Shown here: positions 24,701 through 37,934 of the stretch, one piece after another | How the letters are laid out: each line of letters starts with the position of its first letter | How positions within the stretch are numbered: position 1 is the first letter of the stretch | Assembly: GCF_032444005.1 (NCBI RefSeq) | Contig: NC_091285.1 | Location: 398,226,001-398,290,000 of the forward strand | Reading direction: 5' to 3' | Source of the DNA: Ranitomeya imitator | Lineage: Eukaryota | Length of the DNA: 64,000 bases | Position numbers and translations under genes: made by a program | Notes under the pieces: model-generated | The model's database searches: none | Seen by the model: the letters and a program-made list of their open reading frames with translations, nothing else | What the model was told of the DNA's origin: nothing

Positions 24701-25570
24701 CTATGATATCAGATCGACTCCTACTGATGGCACTGGTTCAAAACAAACCCCATGAGCCCAGGATCACCATCACGTTCAGGCCACATGCCATCAATGGGTT
24801 ATGGCGGAACTTTACCTTTCTTTAAAGAGCGTGCATGTTCGCAAAACCTCTTGTACAAAGGAACGGATCGTTTTATCAATGAAGAAAGTTAAATGGTATT
24901 TAAGGGGCTGGTTAACTTGTTCAAGTCAGGGAGAAGTGGGAATACATGTGAAACAGCTGTTGCTTAACCTGCATGGTTTCTGTAAGATCTCACCCGACGA
25001 TCCAAAAAGATTTACTTGGTCGTAGAATATCTAACATAAAGCTATAGTGTTAATTTGCAGGTTTGGGTTATGGAGGTGCCAAGCCGCACTATTGAAAATG
25101 CAGCACACGGGAGAAAATGAGCCGTTTCTCCTGGAAGCAGCCGGATGTCAGTCATGCCTGTGTGTCGCGAGCAATTACAGTCACTGCTCACAGCACGAGT
25201 GACTGCTGTAGGTACACCCCATCATCGTCATCGGGCATTAGAGAACCCTGGCAGAGTCCGTTATCCTTTGGGGAAAAAAAAAAAAAAAAAACACACCCCT
25301 TCCTGTTGATTGATTGCTCTAGTCTGGTGATGTCAGAGCTCTCGGTGACTCGGCCAGGATACCACACCGCCGTGAAGACACTGGGTTACTGTTCTACGCA
25401 CCCGGTGGCAAGTTTTTAATTTAGAACTATAACAAAACCACAAAACAGTTACGCGCCACACACTGCTGCTATTATCATGCAATTGCCTGGGTTCGGTTTA
25501 ATAGACAATTTTTTGATGTCAGGTTCCCTTTAAGTCAAAAGAATCTTTACACTAAAAACCATGTACAAAC

Positions 25571-26043
25571 CAGGGGGTCATGGACCAAGGACTTCCATTT
25601 ATGACAAACCAAGCTGACATTCTGATAGAGGTCCACGATTGGGAGGAAGCCGAATATACGCTGCAGCAGTTCAGCAGGGAATTGGTTTATGTGTCCACAT
25701 GGTGCATAGTTCTGGTCAGTCACACCCAACAGGCCATAACAAGATGCAGACAGTGAGTCCAGCATGAGACTCATTTCATCATCATCGTCCTCCTCAAAGA
25801 ATTCGCTGGATGATGATCGGACGTCCTCTCCTTGGCCATGTACGGAAGAAAATGGCCTTTTCCTGCTGAAGACGGGATCTGATGGAGACACGTCATTATC
25901 ACTGTCAATCTCGACAGCGGCCTCCTCCACGGCACAAGACGCATCCTCCGCCATCTCAGGCGTATGGCTCCTGCTGGTGGATTGTTCTGTGCTTACATCA
26001 CCATGTGAAGGACTGAAAGAAGAGCTGGTTTTTCTTCCTTTAC
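25571..26043 (-). CDS. FBH1: FBH1 F-box exon
   Basis: Encodes DSLSASCYGLLG...FPAELLQRIFGFLPIVDLYQNVSLVCHKWKSLVHDPL, an F-box matching FBH1. Acceptor is ctccctatag| (phase 1, fits the previous exon) and donor is CTG|GTTTGT (phase 0). 473 bp. Confidence 0.95.
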
Positions 26044-26162
26044 CTATAGGGAGATAAAGGAAATATGTTACAAATAAGAACATATCCCAGCAAACGTTAC
26101 AGATTACTGTAGTGTGCAGGCAAATATCACTTAAGGAAAATTATACAGATGTAGAAGTCGAG

Positions 26163-26196
<34 letters not shown>

Positions 26197-27173
26197 CAGA
26201 TGGCGAATAAAAACAAAACCAATTCTAGAGGGTAACCTGCATCATAAAGGTCTGTACTGTATAAGGCATGCTACAGGTCAGCAGAATACCCAAAAATGCC
26301 ATAGATATGTGTTAGAACAGGCAGCCGAGACCCCGATCATTATATATCTCCGCTCTCCACTACAAGACCCCTACTGCTCAGGGATAGGAGGAGTAAATGG
26401 ATGCAGTGGTCCCCACACCAAGACTCAAAATGCCGCTCCTATGGCCACATCCATGTGCCGATCCTGAGCGCAGTCTCCTGCATTGGCACCTGCACAAAGA
26501 ACTGCAGAAAGTAATGATGGGGTTTCCGGTCACTGAAAGCTAGTGTTTGACTCGCGCTGCTGTTGCATTCATTCTCCATCCTTTACACTGCAGCTCTGCG
26601 TGTCCAGTTTGGGTAAATTGTAAATGCACAGCCCAACACAATCTCAACCAATGCAAAGAGAATTTCTATTACAGGTTACTAAACAAACAGAAAAAGAAGG
26701 GCTTTGCGTCGGTAGGAATGTACTCTCTTTAGCTTTAAAGGGAACCAGCCAGCAGGGTTCTAGACCTCACAGTAATGTAATGCCATCACAGTAAAGTACA
26801 CATAATGAGGATTACTTCCACAATTTTAAATTAAAAATCCATGTCTTTCTTGCCTTGTAATCAGCTTTTCAAATGAGCTTGCAAGTGCAGGGGCTAGGGT
26901 TGCAGTGTGCAGGGGCTAGGGTTGCACCAACTCTCTGGCTTCTCAGATCTTCTCTTCCCGATGTTGGCTTACTGCCAGTGATTGACAGGTCATTCATCTG
27001 TGAGCCGTCGCCCACCCCAGACGTTATCTCGTGCTAGCACAGTCATTCTGGAGGAGGAGCGTGCATAATAACTCTCTGATGACATAGCGAGAGACAAGAC
27101 TTTCTGGGTATGCACCACCCCTATAAAATCTCAGGGGTGAAAACCGGTCAAAGAGAATGACATCTTGTGCAGG

Positions 27174-27350
27174 NNNNNNNNNNNNNNNNNNNNNNNNNNN
27201 NNNNNNNNNNNNNNNNNNNNNNNNNNNNNNNNNNNNNNNNNNNNNNNNNNNNNNNNNNNNNNNNNNNNNNNNNNNNNNNNNNNNNNNNNNNNNNNNNNNN
27301 NNNNNNNNNNNNNNNNNNNNNNNNNNNNNNNNNNNNNNNNNNNNNNNNNN
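27174..27350. other. Assembly gap (177 N)
   Basis: Run of N. Confidence 1.
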
Positions 27351-27834
27351 GTTTTTCCGTCCGTCTGTCTGTCTGTCCTGGAAATCCCGGCTCTCTGATT
27401 GGTCGAGGCCGCCAGGCCTCGACCAATCAGAGACCGGCACAGCATCGACGTAGAAATCCCGCGTCTCTGATTGGTCGAGGCCGCCAGGCCTCGACCAATC
27501 AGCAACGGGCACAGCAACGATGATGTCATAAAGGACGTAGAAATCCCGCGTCTGATTGGTGGAGGCCGCTAGGCCTCGACCAATCAGCAACGGGCACAGC
27601 GACGATGATGTCATAAAGGACGTAGACATCTCACGTTTCTGATTCAGCGACGGGCACAGTATCGACGTAGATGTCATAATGGTTGCCATGGCGACGATGA
27701 TGTCATAAAGGTTGCCTCGACCAATCAGCGACGGGCACAGTCTGCCGCGAATTCTGGAATCATCATTGTCCATATACTACGGGGACATGCATATTCTAGA
27801 ATACCCGATGCGTTAGAATCGGGCCACAATCTAG
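27351..27834 (+). mobile_element. Non-autonomous Helitron-like element (5' end probably in the gap)
   Basis: 3' hairpin CCCGAT-gcgttaga-ATCGGG followed by CTAG|T. Internal repeats of the palindrome ctgattggtcgaggcc...ggcctcgaccaatcag. Confidence 0.7.
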
Positions 27835-28196
27835 TATATTATATATACACATATTATATATATATATATACACACACATATATATTATTTATTTTTTTTG
27901 GTGACACATGGATCCCTTCTATAGCGGTATGTTGGTTTTGCAAGCCTGCGAGAAAAAACACGCAGTACGGATGCCATACGGATTACATACGGAGGATGCA
28001 ATGCGCAAAAAACGCTGACACACCTTGCCTACGGAGGAGCTACGGACCACTATTTTGGGGACTTTTCAGCGTATTACGGCCGTAATATACGGACCGTATT
28101 GTTTTACGCTGTGTGTGATGCCGGCCTTACTCATTAACAGATAATACACTACTATGCAGAAGCTTCAGGCTGTGTGGATAAAATGCTGCAAAGTAA

Positions 28197-29630
28197 GGCC
28201 ACGTTCACACGTGCAGTATTTGGTCAGTATTTTACATCAGTATTTGGAAGCCAAAACCAGGAGTGGAACAATTAGATGGAAAGTATAATAATAATAATAA
28301 TAATTTTTATTTATATAGCGCCAACATATTCCGCAGCGCTTTACAAATTATAGAGGGGACTTGTACAGACAATAGACATTACAGCATAACAGAAATACAG
28401 TTCAAAACAGATACCAGGAGGAGTGAGGGCCCTGCTCGCAAGCTTACAAACTATGGGGAAAAGGGGAGACACGAGAGGTGGATGGTAACAATTGCTTTAG
28501 TTATTCGGACCAGCTATAGTGTAAGGCTCAGGTGTTCATGTAAAGCTGCATGAACCAGTATGTAGCAGTACAGACACAGAGGGCTAATACTGCATAAAGT
28601 GTATGAGAACATGATGCAAGGAACCTTTTTTTTTTAAATTTATTTATTTATTTTTTTATTATAAATAGGCCACACAGGGATCGTTAGGTTAATGCATTGA
28701 GGCGGTAGGCCAGTCTGAACAAATGAGTTTTTAGGGCACGCTTAAAACTGTGGGGATTGGGGATTAATCGTATTAACCTAGGTAGTGCATTCCAAAGAAT
28801 CGGCGCAGCACGTGTAAAGTCTTGGAGACGGGAGTGGGAGGTTCTGATTATTGAGGATGCTAACCTGAGGTCATTAGCGGAGCGGAGGGCACGGGTAGGG
28901 TGGTAGACTGATACCAGGGAGGAGATGTAGGGTGGTGCTGAGCCATGGAGTGCTTTGTGGATGAGGGTAGTAGTTTTGTACTGGATTCTGGAGTGGATGG
29001 GTAGCCAGTGTAATGACTGGCACAGGGTAGAGGCATCGGTGTAACGGTTGGTGAGGAATATGATCCTGGCTGCAGCATTCAGGACAGATTGGAGCGGGGA
29101 GAGTTTTGCAAGAGGGAGGCCGATTAGTAGAGAGTTACAATAGTCCAGACGAGAATGAATAAGTGAAACAGTCAGAGTTTTTGCAGAGTCGAAAGTAAGA
29201 AAAGGGCGAATTCTAGAAATGTTTTTGAGATGCAGGTAAGAAGAGCGAGCCAGTGATCGGATGTAGGGGGTGAATGAAAGGTCAGAATCAAGGATGACCC
29301 CAAGGCAGCAGGCATGTTGCTTTGGAGTAATGGTGGAACCGCACACGCAGATGGCAATGTCAGGCAAAGGTAAGTTAGTAGAGGGAGAGAACACGAGGAG
29401 TTCAGTTTTTGACAGGTTTAGTTTCAGATAGAGGGAGGACATGATGTTAGAGACAGCGGTAAGACAATCACTGGTGTTTTCTAAAAAGGTCGGTATGATA
29501 TCAGGAGCAGAAGTGTGTAAAGTATAATAGAAACATATGCTCCACTTCTGTATTTATCACCCACTCCTGGTTTTGGCTTACAAACACTGAGGTAAAATAC
29601 TGACCAAATACTGCTAGTGTGACGGCAGCC
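28197..29630. mobile_element. Harbinger-type MITE interrupted by L2
   Basis: TAA TSD at 28194-28196 and 29631-29633. Inverted arms cagtatttggtcagtatttt versus aaaatactgaccaaatactg. Confidence 0.8.
28291..29518 (-). mobile_element. 5'-truncated L2 LINE
   Basis: Open RT C-terminus LKLNLSKTEL...SRLDYCNSLL...NAAAR (stop at 28684). 3' end gcgctatataaataaa followed by (ATT)n. TSD AAAGTATAATA at 28280-28290 and 29519-29529. Confidence 0.92.
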
Positions 29631-30107
29631 TAAGAATGCTGTAATAAATAGAAGTGTAATAGTTCATTTTTACTCAAACAAAAGCAAAATGAATGAACAA
29701 AAGAGACTGAAAATTAACAAATATTTGCGTAACCCCCTTTGCCTTCAAACCCAATCAATTCTTCTCACTAGACTTGAACGCAGTTTTTGAAGGAAATCGG
29801 CAGCAAGTGTGCCCCAAACTTCTAGAACTAATCACAGATCTGTGGACGTCGCTTGTGCAAATCCTTCTGGCTCTTCATGCAATCCCACACAGACTCCATG
29901 AGGTTGAGTTCAGGGCTCTGTGGAGGCCATGTCATTTCTTCCAGGGCTTCTTTTTTTTTTTTTTTTTTTTTTACACCGAAAATAGGTTTTAAATTGGCTG
30001 TATGTTGTTGCCTGGCTGCAGAATACATTTGGAGCCAGATGCCTCCTTGATGGTATTGCATAGTGAATAAGTATCAGCCTGTTTCTCTTCATTGAGGATT
30101 TCATTAA

Positions 30108-30657
30108 AGGGGTTTTCCCACGAACAAAAGTTCATTTTCATCAATAGATGTTGGAATAATAATAATTTCCTTAATTGGAGATGTATAAATAAAATGTTGC
30201 TGTGCTTAGATAATCTTATAAATGTGTCCCTACTGTGTACTGTGTAATGGCCGTGTCTAACCGTACAGGGACACGGTCTGATCATACCATAGCGAATACA
30301 AATAAAAGTATACAGACATTACAGCACGGGATCGCAAAGCAAACAATTCATTTCTTTAAAGTAAAAGATGGTTTAAAAACAGGCAGGGAAATGTTTTACC
30401 TCACAAAAAGAATCAGCTGCGATCCCTGCTATAATATCTGTATACTCTTTTACCTCCTCCACCGCCCAGGAGCTGTGGTATGATCAGACCATGTTCCTGT
30501 ACGGACAGACACAGCCATTACACAGTACACAGCAGGGACACATGTATAAGATTATCTCAGCACAGGAACATTTTATTTATACATCTCCAATTATGGAAAT
30601 TATTATTATTCCAAGATCTATTGATTAAAATGAAATTTTATTTGTGGGAAAACCCCT
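30108..30657. mobile_element. T2/Kolobok-type MITE
   Basis: TTAA|AGGGGTTTTCCCAC...GTGGGAAAACCCCT|TTAA with long arms. A second AGGGAACC element starts on the shared TTAA at 30662. Confidence 0.85.
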
Positions 30658-30757
30658 TTAAAGGGAACCTGTCAGCAGGATTTTTTTTTAAAAATAACCT
30701 ACAGACACATACATACCTACCTACATCCATCTTCTGGTTGTTATGTAATCAGTGTAA

Positions 30758-30952
30758 GGCCGGAGTCACACTACAGCGAGATACGGCCGAGTCTCGCAGG
30801 TTAAAACCAAGCTCTGGCACCGGCACTCCGGAGCGGAGCGTGCGGCTCCATGTATTGCTGTGCGGCCGCACGCTCCGCTCCGAAGTGCCGGTGCCAGAGC
30901 TTGGTTTTAACCTGCGAGACTCAGCTGTATCTCGCTGTGTGTGATCCCGGCC
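30758..30952. mobile_element. Palindromic Harbinger-type MITE
   Basis: GGCCGGAGTCACAC...GTGTGATCCCGGCC with an internal palindrome. Confidence 0.7.
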
Positions 30953-30993
30953 TTAGAAGGGATGTTTTTTTTCCCTCATTTGTCAGCTATATA

Positions 30994-32601
30994 CAGGTCC
31001 TTCTCAAAAAATTAGCATATAGTGTTAAATTTCATTATTTACCATAATGTAATGATTACAATTAAACTTTCATATATTATAGATTCATTATCCACCAACT
31101 GAAATTTGTCAGGTCTTTGTTTTAATACTGATGATTTTGGCATACAACTCCTGATAACCCAAAAAACCTGTCTCAATACATTAGCATATTTCACCCATCC
31201 AATCAAATAAAAGTGTTTTTTAATAACAAACAAAAAAACCAACAAATAATAATGTTCAGTTATGCACTCAATACTTGGTCGGGAATCCTTTGGCAGAAAT
31301 GACTGCTTCAATGCGGCGTGGCATGGAGGCAATCAGCCTGTGACACTGCTGAGATGTTATGGAGGCCCAGGATGCTTCAATAGCGGCCTTAAGCTCATCC
31401 AGAGTGTTGGGTCTTGCGTCTCTCAACTTTCTCTTCACAATATCCCACAGATTCTCTATGGGGTTCAGGTCAGGAGAGTTGGCAGGCCAATTGAGCACAG
31501 TAATACCATGGTCAGTAAACCATTTACCAGTGGTTTTGGCACTGTGAGCAGGTGCCAGGTCGTGCTGAAAAATGAAATCTTCATCTCCATAAAGCATTTC
31601 AGCCGATGGAAGCATGAAGTGCTCCAAAATCTCCTGATAGCTAGCTGCATTGACCCTGCCCTTGATGAAACACAGTGGACCAACACCAGCAGCTGACATG
31701 GCACCCCACACCATCACTGACTGTGGGTACTTGACACTGGACTTCAGGCATTTTGGCATTTCCTTCTCCCCAGTCTTCCTCCAGACTCTGGCACCTTGAT
31801 TTCCGAATGACATGCAAAATTTGATTTCATCAGAAAAAAGTACTTGGGACCACTTAGCAACAGTCCAGTGCTGCTTCTCTGTAGCCCAGGTCAGGCGCCT
31901 CTGCCGCTGTTTATGGTTCAAAAGTGGCTTTACCTGGGGAATGCGGCACCTGTAGCCCATTTCCTGCACACGCCTGTGCACGGTGGCTCTGGATGTTTCC
32001 ACACCAGACTCAGTCCACTGCTTCCTCAGGTTCCCCAAGGTCTGGAATCGGTCCTTCTCCACAATCTTCCTCAGGGTCCGGTCTCCTCTTCTCGTTGTAC
32101 AGCGTTTTCTGCCACATTGTTTCCTTCCAACAGACTTACCATTGAGGTGCCTTGATACAGCACTCTGGGAACAGCCTATTTCTTGAGAAATTTCTTTCTG
32201 GGTCTTACCCTCTTGCTTGAGGGTGTCAATGATGGCCTTCTTGACATCTGTCAGGTCGCTAGTCTTACCCATGATGGGGGTTTTGAGTAATGAACCAGGC
32301 AGGGAGTTTATAAAAGCCTCAGGTATCTTTTGCATGTGTTTAGAGTTAATTAGTTGATTCAGAAGATTAGGGTAATAGGTCGTTTAGAGAACCTTTTCTT
32401 GATATGCTAATTTATTGAGACAGGTTTTTTGGGTTATCAGGAGTTGTATGCCAAAATCATCAGTATTAAAACAATAAAAGACCTGACAAATTTCAGTTGG
32501 TGGATAATGAATCTATAATATATGAAAGTTTAATTGTAATCATTACATTATGGTAAATAATGAAATTTAACACTATATGCTAATTTTTTGAGAAGGACCT
32601 G
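30994..32601 (-). mobile_element. Full-length Tc1 element with ~200-bp inverted repeats
   Basis: TA|CAGGTCCTTCTCAAAAAATTAGCATA...TATGCTAATTTTTTGAGAAGGACCTG|TA. The arms are nearly identical. Confidence 0.95.
31268..32272 (-). CDS. Intact Tc1 DD34E transposase (334 aa from MGKTSDL)
   Basis: Uninterrupted ORF with VLFSDE, FQHDLAPAH and SPDLNPIEN. I counted 34 residues between the second D and the E. Confidence 0.92.
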   Translation of the reverse strand: MGKTSDLTDVKKAIIDTLKQEGKTQKEISQEIGCSQSAVSRHLNGKSVGRKQCGRKRCTTRRGDRTLRKIVEKDRFQTLGNLRKQWTESGVETSRATVHRRVQEMGYRCRIPQVKPLLNHKQRQRRLTWATEKQHWTVAKWSQVLFSDEIKFCMSFGNQGARVWRKTGEKEMPKCLKSSVKYPQSVMVWGAMSAAGVGPLCFIKGRVNAASYQEILEHFMLPSAEMLYGDEDFIFQHDLAPAHSAKTTGKWFTDHGITVLNWPANSPDLNPIENLWDIVKRKLRDARPNTLDELKAAIEASWASITSQQCHRLIASMPRRIEAVISAKGFPTKY

Positions 32602-32625
32602 TACAATCTGTTTTTTACTCAGCAG

Positions 32626-32878
32626 TAGTGATGAGCAAATGTGCTGGGATGATACGTTATCCGAGCATGCTAATGTGCTAACCAAGCGTCTTCGGCCTGA
32701 TAGAATAATATGTTCTAGTTCCCGCAGCTGCATGTTTTGTGGCCGTTCAAAAGCTGTAATACATGCAGGGATTGCCTGTTTTTTTAGCACTAGAACATCT
32801 TTTTCGAGCATGCCGAAGACACTCAGCACACGAGCATGCTCGGATATCACAATATCTCAGCACATTCGCTCATCACTA
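32626..32878. mobile_element. hAT-type MITE
   Basis: TAGTGATGAGC...GCTCATCACTA termini. No 8-bp TSD recognisable. Confidence 0.55.
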
Positions 32879-35800
32879 CCGATCAGTTATCATTTACAGT
32901 TTCCCATGTTACAGAACTGCAATGCATCCGCAAAAATTGAATGCAATACTGATTGCCCATATGGCATGTTTTTTCTTGCACACATCTGAGTTTACAGTCA
33001 AATCGCAGCATGCTGCAATTTTTTCTTCACTCCAAATACAAACGAGAAGAAAAAAAAATAAAATTCAGACCTGCACTGCCTCATTGTATAACATTGGCCA
33101 GAGAGCAACTTTTTTTTTCTCAGATTGCCCTTGTCCAAGTTATACGCTAGTGAGAACAAGCCATAATCCAGACTAAATCTCTATCTCCATTTGCTGAAAT
33201 GCAGCCCCAACCTTGCAAAGAGCCTCCATCTTCGCTGATGCCTGCGGACACTCAATATTGTACTCCTCTCCAGTCCTTCAGTGAACAAAATACCTTCTGC
33301 TACAGGCTAATATTTAAAGGGAACCCGTCACCCCCAAAATCGATGGTGAGGTAAGCTCACCATCATCAGGAGCTTATCTACAGCATTCTGTAATGCTGTA
33401 GATAAGCCGCCGATGTTACCTGAAAGAGGAGAAAAAGAGGTTAGATTATACTCACCCAGGTGCGGTCCTGCTCCGATGGGTGTCTCAGGTCCGCTCCGAC
33501 GCCTCCCATCTTCATTCCATGACGTCATCTTCTGGTCTTCACGCCGCGGCTCCGGCGCAGGCGTACTTTGTCTGCCCTGTTGAGGACAGAGCAAAGTACT
33601 GCAGTGCGCAGGCGCCGGAAGGGTCAGAGAAGCCCGGCGCCTGCGCACTGTAGTACTTTGCTCTGACCTCAACAGGGCAGACAAAGTATGCCTGCGCGGG
33701 AGCTGCGGCGTGAAGACCAGAAGAGGACGTCATGGAATGAAGATAGGAAGCGCCGGAGTGGACCTGATGACCGGACCGCAGCGGGACCGCCCCTGGGTGA
33801 GTATAATCTAACCTCTTTCTCCTCTTTCAGGATACATTGGTGTTATGAACAGGTGATTCAGAACCACAATGGACCTAGTGGTTAAGAGCACACAAAGTGA
33901 CCTGATAGTTACTAACATAGGACGAGCTCTGAGACGTGGAACTCTGCTGACCGCAATCCCTAATCCTATCATACCACACTAGAGGTAGCCGTGGATTGCG
34001 CCTAACGCTCCCTATGCAACTCGGCACAGCCTGAGAAACTAACTAGCCCTGAAGATAGAAAAATAAGCCTACCTTGCCTCAGAGAAATTCCCCAAAGGAA
34101 AAGGCAGCCCCCCACATATAATGACTGAGTTAAGATGAAAATACAAACACAGAGATGAAATAGATTTTAGCAAAGTGAGGCCCGACTTACTGAATAGACC
34201 GAGGATAGGAAAGATAGCTTTGCAGTCAGCACAAAAACCTACAAACAACCACGCAGAGGGGCAAAAAGACCCTCCGCACCGACTAACGGTATGGAGGTGC
34301 TCACTCTGCGTCTCAGAGCTTCCAGCAAGCAAGAAAAACCAATATAGCAAGCTGGACAGAAAATATAGCAAACAAAAGTAACACAAGCAGAACTTAGCTT
34401 ATGCAGGGCAGACAGGCCACAAGAACGATCCAGGAGAGAGCCAGACCAATACTGGAACATTGACTGGAGGCCAGGAACAAAGAACTAGGTGGAGTTAAAT
34501 AGAGCAGCACCTAACGACTTAACCTCATCACCTGAGGAAGGAAACTCAGAAGCCGCAGCCCCACTCACATCCACCAGCGGAAGCTCATAGACAGAACCAG
34601 CCGAAGTACCACTCATGACCACAGGAGGGAGCTTGACCACAGAATTCACAACAGTACCCCCCCCTTGAGGAGGGGTCACCGAACCCTCACCAGAGCCCCC
34701 AGGCCGACCAGGATGGGCCAAATGAAAGGCACGAACCAGATCGGCAGCATGAACATCAGAGGCAAAGACCCAGGAATTATCTTCCTGACCATAACCCTTC
34801 AACTTAACCAGGTACTGAAGTTTCCGTCTCGAAATACGAGAATCCAAAATCTTCTCCACTATATACTCCAACTCCCACTCAACCAAAACCGGGGCAGGAG
34901 GATCAACGGATGGAACCACAGGTGCCACGTATCTCCGCAACAATGACCTATGGAATACGTTATGGATGGAAAAAGAAGCTGGAAGGGTCAAACGAAAAGA
35001 CACAGGATTAAGAACCTCAGAAATCCTATACGGACCAATGAAACGAGGCTTAAACATAGGAGAGGAAACTTTCATAGGAATATAACGAGATGACAACCAA
35101 ACCAAATCCCCAACACGAAGTCGGGGACCCACACAGCGCCTGCGGTTAGCGAAACGTTGAGCCTTCTCCTGAGACAATGTCAAATTGTCCACCACATGAG
35201 TTCAAATCTGCTGCAACCTATCCACCACAGTATCCACACCAGGACAGTCAGAAGACTCAACCTGCCCTGAAGAGAAACGAGGATGGAAACCAGAATTGCA
35301 GAAAAACGGCGAAACCAAAGTAGCCGAGCTGGCCCGATTATTAAGGGCGAACTCAGCCAAAGGCAAAAAAGACACCCAATCATCCTGATCGGCACAAACA
35401 AAACATCTCAGATATGTTTCCAAGGTCTGATTGGTTCGTTCAGTCTGGCCATTTGTCTGAGGATGGAAAGCCGAGGAAAAAGACAAATCAATGCCCATCC
35501 TAGCACAAAAGGCTCGCCAAAACCTCGAAACAAACTGGGAACCTCTGTCAGAAACGATGTTCTCCGGAATGCCATGTAAACGAACCACATGCTGGAAGAA
35601 CAATGGTACCAAATCAGAGGAGGAAGGCAATTTAGACAAGGGTACCAAATGGACCATCTTCGAGAAGCGATCACAAACAACCCAAATGACCGACATTTTT
35701 TGAGAGACGGGGAGATCCGAAATAAAATCCATAGAGATATGTGTCCAGGGCCTCTTCGGGACTGGCAAGGGCAAAAGCAACCCACTGGCACGAGAACAGC

Positions 35801-36931
35801 AGGGCTTAGCCCGAGCACAAATCCCACAGGACTGCACAAAAGAACGCACATCCCGCGACAGAGACGGCCACCAAAAGGATCTAGCCACCAAATCTCTGGT
35901 ACCAAAGATTCCAGGATGATCAGCCAACACCGAACCATGAACCTCAGAGATAACTCTACTCGTCCATTTATCAGGGACAAACAGTTTCTCCGCTGGGCAA
36001 CGGTCAGGTCTATTAGCCTGAAATTTTTGCAGCACCCGCCGCAAATCAGGGGAGATGGCAGACAAAATTACCCCCTCCTTGAGAACACCCGCCGGCTCAG
36101 ACAAACCCGGAGAGTCGGGCACAAAACTCCTAGACAGGGCATCCGCCTTCACATTTTTAGAGCCCGGAAGGTACGAAACCACAAAGTCAAAACGGGAGAA
36201 AAACAGCGACCAACGAGCCTGTCTAGGATTCAACCGTTTGGCAGACTCGAGATAAGTCAAGTTCTTATGATCAGTCAAGACCACCACGCGATGCTTAGCT
36301 CCTTCATGCCAATGTCGCCACTCCTCGAATGCCCACTTAGACATAGACTCATTCAGACCAGCAGGCATAGGAAATAGGGCCTCCAGTACTGTTATGAACA
36401 GATGATTCAGAACCACAATGGACCTAGTGGTTAAGAGCACACAAAGTGACCTGATAGTTACTAACATAGGACGAGCTCAGAGACGTGGGAACTCTGCTGA
36501 CCGCAAGCCCTAATCCTATCATACCACACTAGAGGTAGCCGTGGATTGCGCCTAACGCTCCCTATGCAACTCGGCACAGCCTGAGAAACTAACTAGCCCT
36601 GAAGATAGATAAATAAGCCTACCTTGCCTCAGAGAAATTCCCCAAAGGAAAAGGCAGCCCCCCACATATAATGACTGAGTTAAGATGAAAATACAAACAC
36701 AGAGATGAAATAGATTTTAGCAAAGTGAGGCCCGACTTACTGAATAGACCGAGGATAGGAAAGATAGCTTTGCAGTCAGCACAAAAACCTACAAACAACC
36801 ACGCAGAGGGGCAAAAAGACCCTCCGCACCGACTATCGGTATGGAGGTGCTCCCTCTGCGTCTCAGAGCTTCCAGCAAGCAAGAAAAATAGGTATTAAGC
36901 TTACCGTTAATGATGTTTCCAGGAGTCCATC

Positions 36932-37900
36932 CTGACAGCACCCTGGAGGACGTCCTCCTCCCCTTGCTGGGACAGGAAACACACGAGTTTAAAAGGTCAA
37001 GTCCCACCCACAGTCCTCAGTGTTGTAACAAGAACCGCCTCAAGGAAATGCAGAAAAAATTTTGTTTAATGGTAACAAACATATTACATTATAACCAGGA
37101 ACATATTACATCATATGCTAGGAATAGGTTACAAACATGCTAGAATACCATGCATAATATAATAATACAGGGAGGGAACTACCCGTGCTGTCAGGATGGA
37201 CTCCTGGAAACATCATTAACGGTAAGCTTAATACCTATTTTCCAGGACGTCCTCCTGACAGCACCCTGGAGGACGTCCTCCTCCCCTTGCTGGGACAGGA
37301 AACACACGAGTTTAAAAGGTCAAGTCCCACCCACAGTCCTCAGTGTTGTAACAAGAACCGCCTCAAGGAAATGCAGAAAAAATTTTGTTTAATGGTAACA
37401 AACATATTACATTATAACCAGGAACATATTACATCATATGCTAGGAATAGGTTACAAACATGCTAGAATACCATGCATAATATAATAATACAGGGAGGGA
37501 ACTACCCGTGCTGTCAGGATGGACTCCTGGAAACATCATTAACGGTAAGCTTAATACCTATTTTCCAGGACGTCCTCCTGACAGCACCCTGGAGGACGTC
37601 CTCCTCCCCTTGCTGGGACAGGAAACACACGAGTTTAAAAGGTCAAGTCCCACCCACAGTCCTCAGTGTTGTAACAAGAACCGCCTCAAGGAAATGCAGA
37701 AAAAATTTGGTTTAATGGTAACAAACATATTACATTATAACCAGGAACATATTACATCATATGCTAGGAATAGGTTACAAACATGCTAGAATACCATGCA
37801 TAATATAATAATACAGGGAGGGAACTACCCGTGCTGTCAGGATGGACTCCTGGAAACATCATTAACGGTAAGCTTAATACCTATTTTCCAGGACGTCCTC
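36932..37900. repeat. Three tandem 323-bp copies of the DIRS ITR-ICR block
   Basis: ctgacagcaccctggag recurs at 36932, 37255, 37578 and 37901. Confidence 0.95.
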
Positions 37901-37934
37901 CTGACAGCACCCTGGAGAGTACCAAAGCACCTCC

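Noticed and set aside
27024-27773. 249-aa ORF
   Set aside because: It spans the N gap and Helitron repeats. The 49-aa part left of the gap could not be assigned to any family.
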